Assembly: GCA_020403045.1 (NCBI GenBank)
Contig: JADBYK010000025.1
Location: 71,136 to 135,135, forward strand
Reading direction: 5' to 3'
Length of the DNA: 64,000 bases
Source of the DNA: Cytophagales bacterium
GTDB taxonomy: Bacteria > Bacteroidota > Bacteroidia > Cytophagales > Cyclobacteriaceae
Shown here: positions 19,868-30,598 of the stretch, in pieces
How the letters are laid out: every line of letters begins with the position of its first letter
Numbering within the stretch: the stretch's first letter is position 1
Program-made: the position numbers and the translations under genes
The notes under the pieces: model-generated
Database searches by the model: none
Told to the model about the DNA's origin: nothing
What the model saw: only the letters and a program-made list of their open reading frames with translations

Positions 19868-20407
19868 ATGAAGAAATTATTGATGATCTTTATAATGACC
19901 GCCTGTGTGTTTCGCACAATCGCTCAAGTTATTGGCACATCTTTTCCCGAAATGGTAGCCGAAACAGTCGATGACAAGAAAGTCACCTTGCCGTTGGATG
20001 TGAGTGGGAAATACGCACTAATTGGATTGGCCTATAGTAAAAAGTCTGAGGACGAACTTAACTCCTGGTTCAGCCCCATCTTTAACAAATTTATACGCAA
20101 GCCGGAGGGAATGATGGCTGGTATGGGCTATGATATGAATGTTTATTTCGTGCCTATGTTCACGGGTGTGAACGCGGCCGCCACTGGCACGGCAAAAAAG
20201 AAAGCATTAAAAAATACCGATCCACAACTACTTCCCTATATTTTATTCTACAAAGGGGAACTAAAAAAATATAAAGAGGCACTGGATTTTGAGAGAAGGG
20301 ATATTCCCTACTTTTTTATTCTCGATCCCGAAGGCAAAATTATTTATGCTACGTCAGGCGCCTACTCTGAGGCGAAGATGGATGCCCTTGAGGAGGTGAT
20401 TGAATAA
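19868..20407 (+). CDS. Secreted hypothetical protein, possible thioredoxin-like fold
   Basis: Signal peptide, IGTSFPEM...VTLP and PYFFILDPEGKIIY pattern. No CxxC. Confidence 0.55.
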   Translation: MKKLLMIFIMTACVFRTIAQVIGTSFPEMVAETVDDKKVTLPLDVSGKYALIGLAYSKKSEDELNSWFSPIFNKFIRKPEGMMAGMGYDMNVYFVPMFTGVNAAATGTAKKKALKNTDPQLLPYILFYKGELKKYKEALDFERRDIPYFFILDPEGKIIYATSGAYSEAKMDALEEVIE

Positions 20408-20482
20408 GCCCGCTTGCGCTCTAAAAACAAATAGCTCATCTTTGGGCAAAACGTAGATTTTTATCAGACGTAAATAATAACA

Positions 20483-21427
20483 ATGATTACGAAAGAAACT
20501 ATTGTACAAGCGCACGAACGGATCAAACCGTATATTCAACACACACCCGTTTTGACAAGTGAAAGCTTAAATGAAATTGCGGGCTGCAGCCTATTTTTTA
20601 AATGCGAAAATTTCCAAAAGGTAGGTGCATTCAAAGCGCGGGGTGCTATGAATGCGGCACTCTCCCTTCCCAAGGATCAACTTCAAAAAGGGATTGCCAC
20701 CCATTCATCAGGTAACCATGCACAAGCGATTGCACGTGCTGCAAGAATTCTAGGCGTGAAGTCCTACATTGTAATGCCGCGCACTGCACCCGAAATCAAA
20801 AAGCGTGGTGTGAGAGGTTACGGTGGTGAGATTTTCGAGTGTGAGCCGAATCTGGCTTCAAGAGAATCAACGATGGCGGAAGTAATTAGAAAAACAGGCG
20901 CAACAGAAATACATCCCTTCAATAATTACGAGGTGATTACCGGACAGGCCACCGCGGCCAAAGAACTGATCGAAGAAATCAGTTCGTTAGATTTTATTGT
21001 AGCCCCTGTGGGCGGTGGTGGACTATTAAGCGGCACTGCTCTGGCAGCCAAATATTTCTCCCCACAAACAATAGTGATTGCAGGCGAACCAGCGGGCTCT
21101 GACGATGCCTATCGTTCAATGCAAAGCGGTAAAATAGAAGAAGCCCAGTCAAATACGATTGCCGATGGCCTGCTCACGAAGCTGGGCGATAAAACGTTTC
21201 CCATCATTCAGCAGAATGTAAAAGAAATCATTACGGTAACAGACGAAGAAATCATCGCAGCAATGAGGCTTATCTGGGAACGTTTGAAAATAATCGTTGA
21301 GACTTCGTGTGCGGTGCCCTTCGCGGCTGTGCTAAAAGACAAAACAAAGTTTACAGGCAAACGCGTAGGCATTATCCTTACGGGAGGAAACGTTGATTTG
21401 GAAAAAGTGGGAAAACTATTCGCGTAG
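20483..21427 (+). CDS. PLP-dependent threonine/serine dehydratase or serine racemase family
   Basis: KCENFQKVGAFKARGA, THSSGNHAQA, PVGGGGLLSG and TIADGL. Confidence 0.92.
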   Translation: MITKETIVQAHERIKPYIQHTPVLTSESLNEIAGCSLFFKCENFQKVGAFKARGAMNAALSLPKDQLQKGIATHSSGNHAQAIARAARILGVKSYIVMPRTAPEIKKRGVRGYGGEIFECEPNLASRESTMAEVIRKTGATEIHPFNNYEVITGQATAAKELIEEISSLDFIVAPVGGGGLLSGTALAAKYFSPQTIVIAGEPAGSDDAYRSMQSGKIEEAQSNTIADGLLTKLGDKTFPIIQQNVKEIITVTDEEIIAAMRLIWERLKIIVETSCAVPFAAVLKDKTKFTGKRVGIILTGGNVDLEKVGKLFA

Positions 21428-21435
21428 TGTAGATG

Positions 21436-21798
21436 CTACTCAACGGGAAGATTTGCTGCTTTCCATGCCTTCAATCCGCCTGCACATTCATACACCTCTT
21501 CGTACCCTTTTTCCTTTAGAATTTTTGCCGCTTTTGCACTCCTGATTCCACTGCCACAATATACAAAGATGGGTTGGTGTGGTAGTGAATCTAATTTTGT
21601 CGCGAATGAATCATCGTACACAATGTTTTTCGCATCATGTATTTTGCCGTTTGCCACTTCTTCTGTTGTCCGCACATCCAGCAATATTGCTTGGGCGGTA
21701 GATTTGTATTTTGCTTCAAAATCTTTTGGAGATAGAACAGCTTCGGTTGGTTTAGGTTGGCAGGCCAGCAGCGCAAGAAGAATAGCAAATTTTTTCAT
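21436..21798 (-). CDS. Rhodanese-like lipoprotein
   Basis: Lipobox LLAC, LLDVRT and YCGSGIRS. Confidence 0.9.
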   Translation of the reverse strand: MKKFAILLALLACQPKPTEAVLSPKDFEAKYKSTAQAILLDVRTTEEVANGKIHDAKNIVYDDSFATKLDSLPHQPIFVYCGSGIRSAKAAKILKEKGYEEVYECAGGLKAWKAANLPVE

Positions 21799-21842
21799 TG
21801 ATATTAGTTAAGGTCTGAACCAACGCAACGTGCGTCTTATTG

Positions 21843-21909
21843 CCACGAATAACACAAATTTACACGAATTTTATCTTGTATCTATTCGTATTTATTTGTG
21901 AATTCGTGG
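21843..21909. repeat. Nested palindromic REP-like element
   Basis: CCACGAAT...ACGAAT...ATTCGT...ATTCGTGG. Confidence 0.6.
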
Positions 21910-21928
21910 ATAGGTTTTTGAGTTCACA

Positions 21929-22888
21929 CTAGCTTATAGACCCTATTCGCTCTAGCAATTTCTTGGTGGCACGTATGCCTTCGTCCTCCGAAAGTTTAGA
22001 TCCTTCATACTCAATTCCAATATGACCTTTATAACCAGCGGATTTTACGATCGACAGCATTTTTAGGTAGTCTGTCTCGATGCAATTACCCTCAGCATCA
22101 AAATCGTAACTCTTCGCACTAACGCCTTTTGCAAAGGGCATCATTTCTTTCACTCCCTTGTAACGATCGTATTGTTCCACACAAACTTCTCCATTTTCCT
22201 TTTTCTTCCTTCTAATACAAAAATTTCCAAAGTCGGGCAGCGTACCGCAATTCGGCAAATTAACTCCCTTGATTACACCACTTAACCATTCTCCATTGGA
22301 GGAAATACCTCCGTGGTTTTCAACAATCACATTAATGCCAACGGTTTTGGCATACTCACTTAGTTTGTGCAGTCCATCTATCCCCGCCTTTGCGACTTCT
22401 TCCTGTTTTCCTTCACCGTAGCAATTCACACGAATAGAATGACAGCCTAAGAACTTAGCTGCATCAGCCCATTTGTAGTGGTTTTCTACGGCTTGCAGCC
22501 TTTTTGTAGCATCTAAATCCGCCATGTATCCCTCATGATCAATCATAATCAGCACACTGGTAACGCCATGGTCATCGCACCTGCCTTTCAACTCTTTCAA
22601 ATAGTTGAAATCGGTCGCCTTGTCTTTAAAAAACTGATTGACATACTCTACGGCCGAGATATCAAATTCCTTTTTTGCCCTTGCCGGAAAATCTAAATGA
22701 TCTAATACTTTCCCCTGCAATGCCTTGTGTAGAGACCATTCAGCCAAAGAAATTTTAAAAAATAAATCCTTTTTGGAACCAGGCGTTTGCCCAAGTGTAG
22801 TCAGGGGCTCTAAAAACCCGGATAACAAGCCATAGCTGGAAATTAATCCAACACTTTTGAGGAATTTTCTGCGATCAAATTGTTTCAT
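21929..22888 (-). CDS. Sugar phosphate isomerase/epimerase (xylose isomerase-like TIM barrel), Tat signal
   Basis: DRRKFLK signal, ISLAEWSLH, VENHGG, LPDFGNF and GIEYEG. Confidence 0.9.
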   Translation of the reverse strand: MKQFDRRKFLKSVGLISSYGLLSGFLEPLTTLGQTPGSKKDLFFKISLAEWSLHKALQGKVLDHLDFPARAKKEFDISAVEYVNQFFKDKATDFNYLKELKGRCDDHGVTSVLIMIDHEGYMADLDATKRLQAVENHYKWADAAKFLGCHSIRVNCYGEGKQEEVAKAGIDGLHKLSEYAKTVGINVIVENHGGISSNGEWLSGVIKGVNLPNCGTLPDFGNFCIRRKKKENGEVCVEQYDRYKGVKEMMPFAKGVSAKSYDFDAEGNCIETDYLKMLSIVKSAGYKGHIGIEYEGSKLSEDEGIRATKKLLERIGSIS

Positions 22889-22907
22889 TTTTGATTTGTT
22901 TAAAAAA

Positions 22908-24014
22908 TTATTTGGGGAACTGGCTCTTATCCATATTAGGTAAGATGCGCAGCGCGTTTTTATAATAGATTTTCTTCAAAATATCATCCGGTAAGCCAAT
23001 GCCATACATTCTCCAAAAGGCATGGTAGCGTTTATGATAGGGGAAGTATTCGTCTTCAGTCTCTAATACACGAAAATAGGTTTCGTATTCGTCCGGCACC
23101 CAACTATCTTTTCCGAAAAGAACGCGATCTTGATATTTTGTCAAAAAGGTTTTTGCAGCACGTGGCTGTCTCCCTAACTCTGCAATCACGGCACCAATTT
23201 CAGTCACCATGTTTGGATATTGATCCATTAGTTGACTTAGCTTTTTCAAATCGCTGCCAAACCAACCCAGATGGGCATTGATAAATACTGTCTTCGGGTG
23301 TTTCTTGAAAATGTTATGCTGCTCCGCAATTATCGTTTCCCACTTCACGGTATCGGTATCATGTCTTCGACCGGGATGTAGTTTTAATTCCAACCATCGC
23401 TCATTTTCCTTATCAATAGGTTGCCAAAATTGTTTGGGGTCTGCCGCATGAATCAGAACCGGTATACCCAGTTCGCCACACTTTGCCCACACGGGGTCAA
23501 TTCGCGGGTCGTCAATTTGAATTCGTTTACCCTTGGCATCCTTGTTAAACATCCCAAGGCTCTTATAAATCTTCAATCCCTTGGCGCCCCGTTTGACATC
23601 TGCTTCCAATTGTTTGACAGTTCGAGTTGTCCAATCGGGCTCATCGATGGCACCGAAATCGACATTTGTAAATAGTACAAACCGAGTAGGGTATTGTTTC
23701 TGAATATTATCAATCGATTTTTCAAGATGATCTCCACTGCTGCGAAACCCACGCCCACTTAGATTGATCATGATACCCATATTCAGTTTATCCATTTCCT
23801 TTACCAGCCCACTCAAATCAGCAGTATTCATATTGCCCTGGTGGTTGTGGATGTCAATAAAAGGAAACTTAGCCCTTGTTATTCGGTGTTCTTCGACCTT
23901 TAAAGAAGAGGGCGGATCGTAACTCTCAAAGTCCATTTTCATGTCCAACGGCTTTTCTTGTGCCCAAGCCTGGAAAGTCGATAGAACGAGTAAAATGGCC
24001 ATCAAATGCTTCAT
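22908..24014 (-). CDS. Amidohydrolase family 2 protein (secreted)
   Basis: IDIHNH, GLKIYK, PVLIHAADP, INAH and LFGKD. ATG 24014. Confidence 0.88.
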   Translation of the reverse strand: MKHLMAILLVLSTFQAWAQEKPLDMKMDFESYDPPSSLKVEEHRITRAKFPFIDIHNHQGNMNTADLSGLVKEMDKLNMGIMINLSGRGFRSSGDHLEKSIDNIQKQYPTRFVLFTNVDFGAIDEPDWTTRTVKQLEADVKRGAKGLKIYKSLGMFNKDAKGKRIQIDDPRIDPVWAKCGELGIPVLIHAADPKQFWQPIDKENERWLELKLHPGRRHDTDTVKWETIIAEQHNIFKKHPKTVFINAHLGWFGSDLKKLSQLMDQYPNMVTEIGAVIAELGRQPRAAKTFLTKYQDRVLFGKDSWVPDEYETYFRVLETEDEYFPYHKRYHAFWRMYGIGLPDDILKKIYYKNALRILPNMDKSQFPK

Positions 24015-24131
24015 GTATCTATGGTTTTGAAGACAAGGTACGTTTTTGAATCGCATGTGAGCTCAAAAAATATGCAAGCGGTAATTAAACTGTTGGCGCT
24101 TTGGTGCGTCAAAGCTTAAAATTCGATAGTT

Positions 24132-24374
24132 ATGAAAAAATTCATCTCCCTTTCGATCTTCTTAGCGATAGTACTAATCCTGATAGGCGTCAATTCTGCC
24201 AATGCACAGCGAGTTATTGTTACCCGTTCGACCGTGCTTGTGCCAGCGCCTGCCAACGCCCGCATGTCCACCAACGGATATTGGAAATGGAGTCCTCGAT
24301 TTCAAAAATACATTTGGGTTACTCATTCAAGAGCAAGGTTACGAGTGCATCGCGGATATCGTGTCCGAATTTAA
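24132..24374 (+). CDS. Small secreted basic protein with a YXWGXW-like segment
   Basis: Signal peptide, P-rich stretch, GYWKW...YIWV. Confidence 0.6.
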   Translation: MKKFISLSIFLAIVLILIGVNSANAQRVIVTRSTVLVPAPANARMSTNGYWKWSPRFQKYIWVTHSRARLRVHRGYRVRI

Positions 24375-24385
24375 TTTATGAAAAA

Positions 24386-24571
24386 ATGAAAAAAGCAACA
24401 TCCATTCTCAAGCACACCATGAATCTACTGGCCGAAGATGTCCAATCATTCAGAAAAATTGTTTTGACTTCTGGCGGAGGCGACCTCCCCAAGGAGATTA
24501 AGGAAAAACAAAAACTGATTCATGAGATTGAAAGCTGGTTGAAAACCACCTCGGGAAGAGCGGCCGTATAG
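24386..24571 (+). CDS. Small hypothetical protein (61 aa)
   Basis: MKKATSILKH...SGRAAV*, the 3' part of track ORF 24101..24571. It starts 11 nt after the previous stop. Confidence 0.45.
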   Translation: MKKATSILKHTMNLLAEDVQSFRKIVLTSGGGDLPKEIKEKQKLIHEIESWLKTTSGRAAV

Positions 24572-24638
24572 AAGCTCCCCATTTCGTCTTTTGAATCTGT
24601 CAAATCTTAGTAACTTGCTTACTTTGATTTGAAAGCAC

Positions 24639-25748
24639 ATGAAGAAAATATTTTTAGGTTTACTTTTACTCCCCTTTCTTTGCAAAAGTCAAACGATTGA
24701 TCAGTCGTTAGATGTAGCCAAAAGAAAAATTGCTTCCCGAAACTATATTGAAGCAAAAGCGGATTTATCTAAATTGATTGAGACCAATCCAAAAAACAAA
24801 AATGTTTTTATGCTTCGCGGCCGCGCAAAAATGGGGTTACAAGATTATTACGGTGCCATTGGCGATTTCAACTTTGCATTAGATATTGACTCCACGTTCG
24901 CGGAGGCGCTTAACTACCGAGGTGAAGCAAAAGTCAGTCTGGGCGATGATGATGGAGCTATTACGGATTTAGACAAAGCCATTCGATTTAATGCCAAGTA
25001 CGAGGAAGCCTATACCAACCGGGGATTTGCCAAGTACAATAGCGAAGATCTGCAAGGAGCCTATTTTGATTTTTCAAAGGCACTTGAACTGGGTACTGTA
25101 AATGACGATAAATACTTCAACAGGGGAATCGTAAAGGCAGAGCTTGGGGAATTTGTAAGCGCCATTGATGACTACTCTAAAGCAATTGAGTTAGATAAAA
25201 ATGACGCTAACCTTTACAATTATAGAGGCGTTGCCTTTTATAACACCTCCAACTTTGATAAAGCGATTGCCGATTACGACCAGTCGATCAAACTCGATCC
25301 CAAAGATCCGTTAAAGTATGAAAATCGCGCACTGGCCAAAAGTGCAAAGGAAGACTTAAAAGGAGCGTTAGAGGACTATAATAAATCGCTGGAACTTGAT
25401 AATCAGGATTCTGAAACTTTCAACCTGCGTGGGGTTTTGAAACATACTATGCTCGACTACGATGGTGCCATTGCAGATTATGGCAAGGCCATTGAACTGG
25501 ATGGAACCAACCCCACCTACTTCGACAATCGGGCATTGAGCAAAACGATCAAAGAAGATTTTGCAGGTGCCGTGGACGACTATACTTCTTCCATTGAACT
25601 ATATCCAAATGACCCGGAGACGTATTACCAGCGCGCGTTGGTAAAGCTCTCTATGAACAACAATTACGATGGCTGTCTGGACCTAAAACGTGCTGAAGAA
25701 CTGGGATCACCGGATGCGAAGAACGCGATAAAGAAAAATTGTAAATAA
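24639..25748 (+). CDS. Tetratricopeptide repeat protein
   Basis: About ten 34-aa TPR units (YxNRG...GAIxDYxKAIELD). Confidence 0.92.
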   Translation: MKKIFLGLLLLPFLCKSQTIDQSLDVAKRKIASRNYIEAKADLSKLIETNPKNKNVFMLRGRAKMGLQDYYGAIGDFNFALDIDSTFAEALNYRGEAKVSLGDDDGAITDLDKAIRFNAKYEEAYTNRGFAKYNSEDLQGAYFDFSKALELGTVNDDKYFNRGIVKAELGEFVSAIDDYSKAIELDKNDANLYNYRGVAFYNTSNFDKAIADYDQSIKLDPKDPLKYENRALAKSAKEDLKGALEDYNKSLELDNQDSETFNLRGVLKHTMLDYDGAIADYGKAIELDGTNPTYFDNRALSKTIKEDFAGAVDDYTSSIELYPNDPETYYQRALVKLSMNNNYDGCLDLKRAEELGSPDAKNAIKKNCK

Positions 25749-25836
25749 AGAATTAGCCAATTCTTCGATGAGCCAATTCGTCTTTAGCCATATCACACCC
25801 TACATTACTGTCATCGACAAATTGGCAAATTGACTA

Positions 25837-26739
25837 TTGAAAATTCTCATCATCCTCAACGGCATTTCAAGAAAAAAGAACTTTTTCTACAGGGAAATAT
25901 TACCTGCATTGCAAGAGAATTTTGAAATTACTCTGGCTGAAACAGCCTATGCCAGCCACGCTACCCGGCTAGCGTCAGAGGCACCTTCTCAAGGTTTCGA
26001 TTGCGTTTTATCAGCAGGTGGAGATGGTACGTTGCATCAGGTTATCAACGGCATACTGTTAAATGGAAATTCTGACGCCCTGCCTAGTATTGGAGTCATT
26101 CCACTCGGCTCAGGAAACGATTTTGCCACGGCCTGTGAAATCGAGACCAATGCTACCTCGATTATTAAATTACTCAAAGAAAATTCCCCTAAACCCACCG
26201 ATGTTGGTAAGATCCTGTGTGAGGATAGCCATGGGAATAAAATTCAAAAATATTTCATCAACGTGTGTAGTTTGGGAATGGGGCCAGCCACTGTGCAGCA
26301 GATGGAAAAATCACCAAAATGGATGAGTGCAGACCTGCGCTACTTTACTGCTATCGTACAAACTTTTTTCAACCATCAACCTGAAAAGATTTCTTTAAAG
26401 ACTGAGAACTGGGAGTTTTCAGGAAAAGTCCGTGTATTTGCGGTGGCGAATGGCAAGTCGTTTGGAAATAAAATTTTTATTGCACCCGATGCAAAGATGG
26501 AGGATGGGTGGCTGAACACATTTTTAGCAAGTGACCTGCCATTGGCAAAATTTCTTTGGTACCTGCAAACCATCAAACAAAAGAAAAAAATTACTGATTC
26601 GAGAATTGAGTATACTAAAGTGAAGGAGGTTAGTCTCTCCAGCCCACAAAAACTTTTGCTGGAAGCAGAGGGCGAGTTAGTAGGACAGCTACCGGCTCAA
26701 ATTGAAATAATCGAAAACCGAATTAAATTTTTTAGATAA
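25837..26739 (+). CDS. Diacylglycerol/lipid kinase family (YegS/BmrU-like)
   Basis: AGGDGTLHQVING and IPLGSGNDFA. TTG start. Confidence 0.9.
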   Translation: MKILIILNGISRKKNFFYREILPALQENFEITLAETAYASHATRLASEAPSQGFDCVLSAGGDGTLHQVINGILLNGNSDALPSIGVIPLGSGNDFATACEIETNATSIIKLLKENSPKPTDVGKILCEDSHGNKIQKYFINVCSLGMGPATVQQMEKSPKWMSADLRYFTAIVQTFFNHQPEKISLKTENWEFSGKVRVFAVANGKSFGNKIFIAPDAKMEDGWLNTFLASDLPLAKFLWYLQTIKQKKKITDSRIEYTKVKEVSLSSPQKLLLEAEGELVGQLPAQIEIIENRIKFFR

Positions 26740-26820
26740 ACAGTCACAAAAACGGTTTATCTCAAAAGGTGAAATGTTGTTTCTTGTTACTACTTTTGAA
26801 AACCTTAAAACATCAACCCC

Positions 26821-27339
26821 TTGAATACTAAACTTCAACAAATTTTTGATTCGCTTGAAACCCAACGAAATCAACTATTCACATCGCTCAACGGCCTTGC
26901 AGTCGAAAAGCTCAATCAACAACCCACAAATGGCTGGTCAATCAATCAGGTAATTGCCCACCTTATCGCTGCCGAACGCTTGTCGGTTCTCTACCTTCGA
27001 AAAAAAATACAAGCAATCAACGAGGTAGAAAATACCGGCTTGATTGAAGAACTAAAAATGATTGTGATAATTCTCAGCCAGCGATTGCCGTTCAAATTCA
27101 AAGCGCCCAAGACGGTAGTTGAAAATACCAAGTCCTCAACAAGCCTTCACCAACTCGAACAAGAGTGGAATGCCGTGCGAAATGAATTAAAAATAGTGCT
27201 GGAGAAATTTAATGACGACCAGATAAAACGGAAAATATATAAACACGTGGTGGCCGGCAAGCTCAACATTCAACAAACGCTTCTATTTTTCCGCGAACAC
27301 ATCATTCACCATCAGCAGCAGATTAAGCGATTGTTGTAA
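26821..27339 (+). CDS. DinB family protein
   Basis: WSINQVIAHL...E and HIIHHQQQI. TTG start. Confidence 0.82.
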   Translation: MNTKLQQIFDSLETQRNQLFTSLNGLAVEKLNQQPTNGWSINQVIAHLIAAERLSVLYLRKKIQAINEVENTGLIEELKMIVIILSQRLPFKFKAPKTVVENTKSSTSLHQLEQEWNAVRNELKIVLEKFNDDQIKRKIYKHVVAGKLNIQQTLLFFREHIIHHQQQIKRLL

Positions 27340-27707
27340 CTTGGATGAGAATCTGATTTGGTAGCCCAAATGCGAAACTGCGTTGCCTGGTGGCTGTTTA
27401 CGCGATAGCCTACCGCTATGATGGCATCCAGATTGTAAAAATCCAAATCGCGGTTTACATCCCTGTTTCCCTCTTTTTGAACCACTCGAATTTTTCGAGT
27501 AGTTGCCTTCTCCTCCAATTCGCCTGTTTTGTATATCTCTTTAAGGTGGTACGTAATGGTGTTACTTTCTACCCCAAACAATTCCGCCATTCGCTTTTGG
27601 GTGAGCCAAAAAGTTTCCTGATTAAATACCACTTCTATTTTCACATCACCGGCAGGGGTGTTGTAAAAAATGATGTCGCTTTGCTGTGGGTTGTTTTTTT
27701 CTTCCAT
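27312..27707 (-). pseudogene. Truncated virulence RhuM family protein
   Basis: WLTQKRMAELF and YNLDAIIAVGYRVNS..ATQFRIWAT. Similarity ends there and the frame runs into the end of the convergent DinB gene. Confidence 0.8.
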
Positions 27708-27915
27708 TCCTTCAAACCCCAATTTTATTTTCCTTCAATAATATTCAGCGACTCCCGGATGGCTTGTTGTCGAAGCAGCTTTATTCTGTTTGAAACGAAG
27801 CAAAATATGAAAATTTGGCGTCTTTCTTGTGCGTTTTAAGTTTGCCGTTGGGGAAATAAAGGTTTTAAAAAAACCATTATTGTTATACTTTGCCGTTTAG
27901 TATCTCCACTTCATT

Positions 27916-30444
27916 ATGAAAAAATTCATTTTAGTTCTTTCTACACTAGTATCGCTTTCTGCTTTAGCGCAACCCAAACTTCAAAGTCCTGCTGAATTTT
28001 TAGGATATGAATTGGGGGATCGGTTCACTCGCCATCACCGCGTGGTTGAGTATTTCAAACATATCGATGACGCGGCCACAAATGTGCAAGTGCAGCAGTA
28101 TGGAGAAACCTATGAGCATCGTCCATTGATTTATGCCATTATTGCTTCCCCCGATAATTTCAAGAACATCGAACAAATTCGCCTCGACAATCTGAAAAGA
28201 ACAGGCCTTGCATCAGGCACTCCTTCCACGAAAGTGGCCATTGTATGGCTGAGTTATAACGTACATGGCAATGAAGCTAATTCTATGGAGGCTGCTATGA
28301 AAACCATCTATGAATTAGTCAATCCCGATAACGCGAAAACAAAAGAATGGTTGAAAAACACAGTGATCATCATGGATCCTTGTATTAACCCGGACGGTAG
28401 AGACCGATATGCCAACTTTTTTAATCAATACGGAAATCTTCCTGCCAATGCAGACCCGCAAGCACGCGAGCATGCCGAGCCTTGGCCACGCGGCAGAGCT
28501 AATCACTATCTGTTTGACCTGAATCGCGATTGGGCATGGCAAACGCAAATAGAATCACAAGCCCGTATCAAAATCTACAACCAATGGATGCCACATGTCC
28601 ATGTTGACTACCACGAACAAGGTTATAACTCTCCTTACTACTTTGCCCCAGCTGCAGAGCCCTATCACGAAGTAATCTCCAACTGGCAACGTGAATTCCA
28701 AAATACGATCGGTAAAAACAATGCCAAGTATTTTGATGAACAAGGATGGCTTTACTTCACCAAAGAACGTTTTGACTTATACTATCCCAGCTATGGCGAT
28801 TCTTACCCTACCTACAGTGGGGCAATTGGAATGACCTATGAGAAAGGAGGAATAGGTGCAGGCATTACGATAACAACCAAAGAAGGCGATCCGCTCACAT
28901 TGAAAGACCGGTTAACTCACCACTTCACAACTGGGATGGCGACTATTGAGACCTCTTCTCAAAACGCTAACAAGTTAGTAGACGAGTTCGAAAAGTTCTT
29001 TAAAGAAAATATAAACAGCCCTGCTGCGCCTTTCAAAACCTATGTTATCAAGGCAGAGAATAATCCTGACAAATTAAAAAAGTTAACCAGTTGGTTGACC
29101 AGTCATGGTATCCAGTTTGGTCATGCTGCCGCCTCTAAACCTTCGAGAGGATTTGATTTTCAAACCCAATCAACCAATAACTTTACGCTAACAACAGAAG
29201 ATATTATTGTCAATATCCACCAGCCAAAGGGTCGTTTTGTTACTACTATTTTTGAACCTGTAACAAAATTAACTGACTCATTAACCTATGACATCACTGC
29301 CTGGAATTTGATGTATGCGTATGACCTAAAGGCATTCGCCTTGACTGAAAAAGTGAGCTTTGCCAAAGGGTATGAGCCAAAAGTGGTTGCGCAAGATGTT
29401 GTTGCAACCAAGCCTTATGCCTATCTATTCAACTATCAAAGTTTGAATGATGTAGAGCTGTTGGCGTCATTGATGAAAAAAGGAATCAAGGTTAGAAAGG
29501 CGATGAAAGCATTTTCTACAGCTGGCAAAAATTTCGAACCGGGAACACTCATCGTGACAAGAAGAAATAACGAAGGGGTTACTGACTTTGACAATGTGGT
29601 GCAAAATGCCGCTAAGAGTTTGGGCAGAAAGATTTACACAACATCAACAGGCTATTCTGATAAAGGTGCTGACTTTGGTTCTTCTGAAATGAGCTATATC
29701 AAAGCTCCCAAGGTGGCATTGCTAGGTGGCGACCAAACTTCTTCTCTCGACCACGGACAAGTATGGCATTTTTTCGAGCAGCAACTTCATTATCCACTTA
29801 CCATTATTGGCACTGATTACTTTAAGAGTGTAGATCTTTGGAAATACGATGTTCTCATTATACCGGATGGAAACTACAAATTACTTGACGAGGGTACACT
29901 AACCATGATTGAGCGCTGGACTAGTGATGGTGGAAGACTAATTGCAATAGCTGGCGCCAATTCTTCTTTTGCAGACAAGAAAGGTTTTGGCTTGAAAGTA
30001 TTTGCTAATGATGATGCAAAAAACAAAGCCGAGAAGGAAGCCAAGGAACAAAAAGAAAAAGAAGGACCGATAAAGTATGGTGATGCCGAAAGAAAAGAGT
30101 TAAGCAATTCCATTTTTGGGGCTATCTACAAAGTAAGTTTGGACAAGTCTCACCCGCTTGCGTTTGGCTTAGGCGACTTTTATTATTCGCTTCGCACAAG
30201 TGAGTTGCATTATGCATACTTGGAGAAAGGTTGGAATGTTGGTTTACTAAAAGGCAAACAAAAACCATTGATTGGTTTTGCCGGAGTGAAAATCAATAAA
30301 CAATTAGAGAATACTCTTGTTTTTGGCGTGGAAGATAAAGGAAAAGGACAAGTTGTTTACTTAGTCGACAATCCGCTGTTTCGCAGTTTTTGGGAGAATG
30401 GTAAAATGCTTTTCTCCAATGCCGTGTTTATGGTGGGCGAATAG
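27916..30444 (+). CDS. M14 family zinc carboxypeptidase with C-terminal domains
   Basis: VHGNE, NPDGRDR, FDLNRDW and DYHEQG. Signal peptide. Confidence 0.92.
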   Translation: MKKFILVLSTLVSLSALAQPKLQSPAEFLGYELGDRFTRHHRVVEYFKHIDDAATNVQVQQYGETYEHRPLIYAIIASPDNFKNIEQIRLDNLKRTGLASGTPSTKVAIVWLSYNVHGNEANSMEAAMKTIYELVNPDNAKTKEWLKNTVIIMDPCINPDGRDRYANFFNQYGNLPANADPQAREHAEPWPRGRANHYLFDLNRDWAWQTQIESQARIKIYNQWMPHVHVDYHEQGYNSPYYFAPAAEPYHEVISNWQREFQNTIGKNNAKYFDEQGWLYFTKERFDLYYPSYGDSYPTYSGAIGMTYEKGGIGAGITITTKEGDPLTLKDRLTHHFTTGMATIETSSQNANKLVDEFEKFFKENINSPAAPFKTYVIKAENNPDKLKKLTSWLTSHGIQFGHAAASKPSRGFDFQTQSTNNFTLTTEDIIVNIHQPKGRFVTTIFEPVTKLTDSLTYDITAWNLMYAYDLKAFALTEKVSFAKGYEPKVVAQDVVATKPYAYLFNYQSLNDVELLASLMKKGIKVRKAMKAFSTAGKNFEPGTLIVTRRNNEGVTDFDNVVQNAAKSLGRKIYTTSTGYSDKGADFGSSEMSYIKAPKVALLGGDQTSSLDHGQVWHFFEQQLHYPLTIIGTDYFKSVDLWKYDVLIIPDGNYKLLDEGTLTMIERWTSDGGRLIAIAGANSSFADKKGFGLKVFANDDAKNKAEKEAKEQKEKEGPIKYGDAERKELSNSIFGAIYKVSLDKSHPLAFGLGDFYYSLRTSELHYAYLEKGWNVGLLKGKQKPLIGFAGVKINKQLENTLVFGVEDKGKGQVVYLVDNPLFRSFWENGKMLFSNAVFMVGE

Positions 30445-30598
30445 AAATTCAAGGTTCAAAATTCAAAGATTAAGATCACCAAGCCTTGATGCGAGAACCC
30501 TGAAAGGTAATGTTACTGAAATGTTACTTGAAAATTTGGGATGAAGGATCCTTCTAGGCTTCTTGAAAAAGCCCGATAGATCAGTTTTGAGGCTCGAT

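Noticed and set aside
30509-30528. AATGTTACT direct repeat with 11-nt period (PhoB/OmpR-like)
   Set aside because: It lies between convergent 3' ends with no gene to regulate, and only one pair is present.
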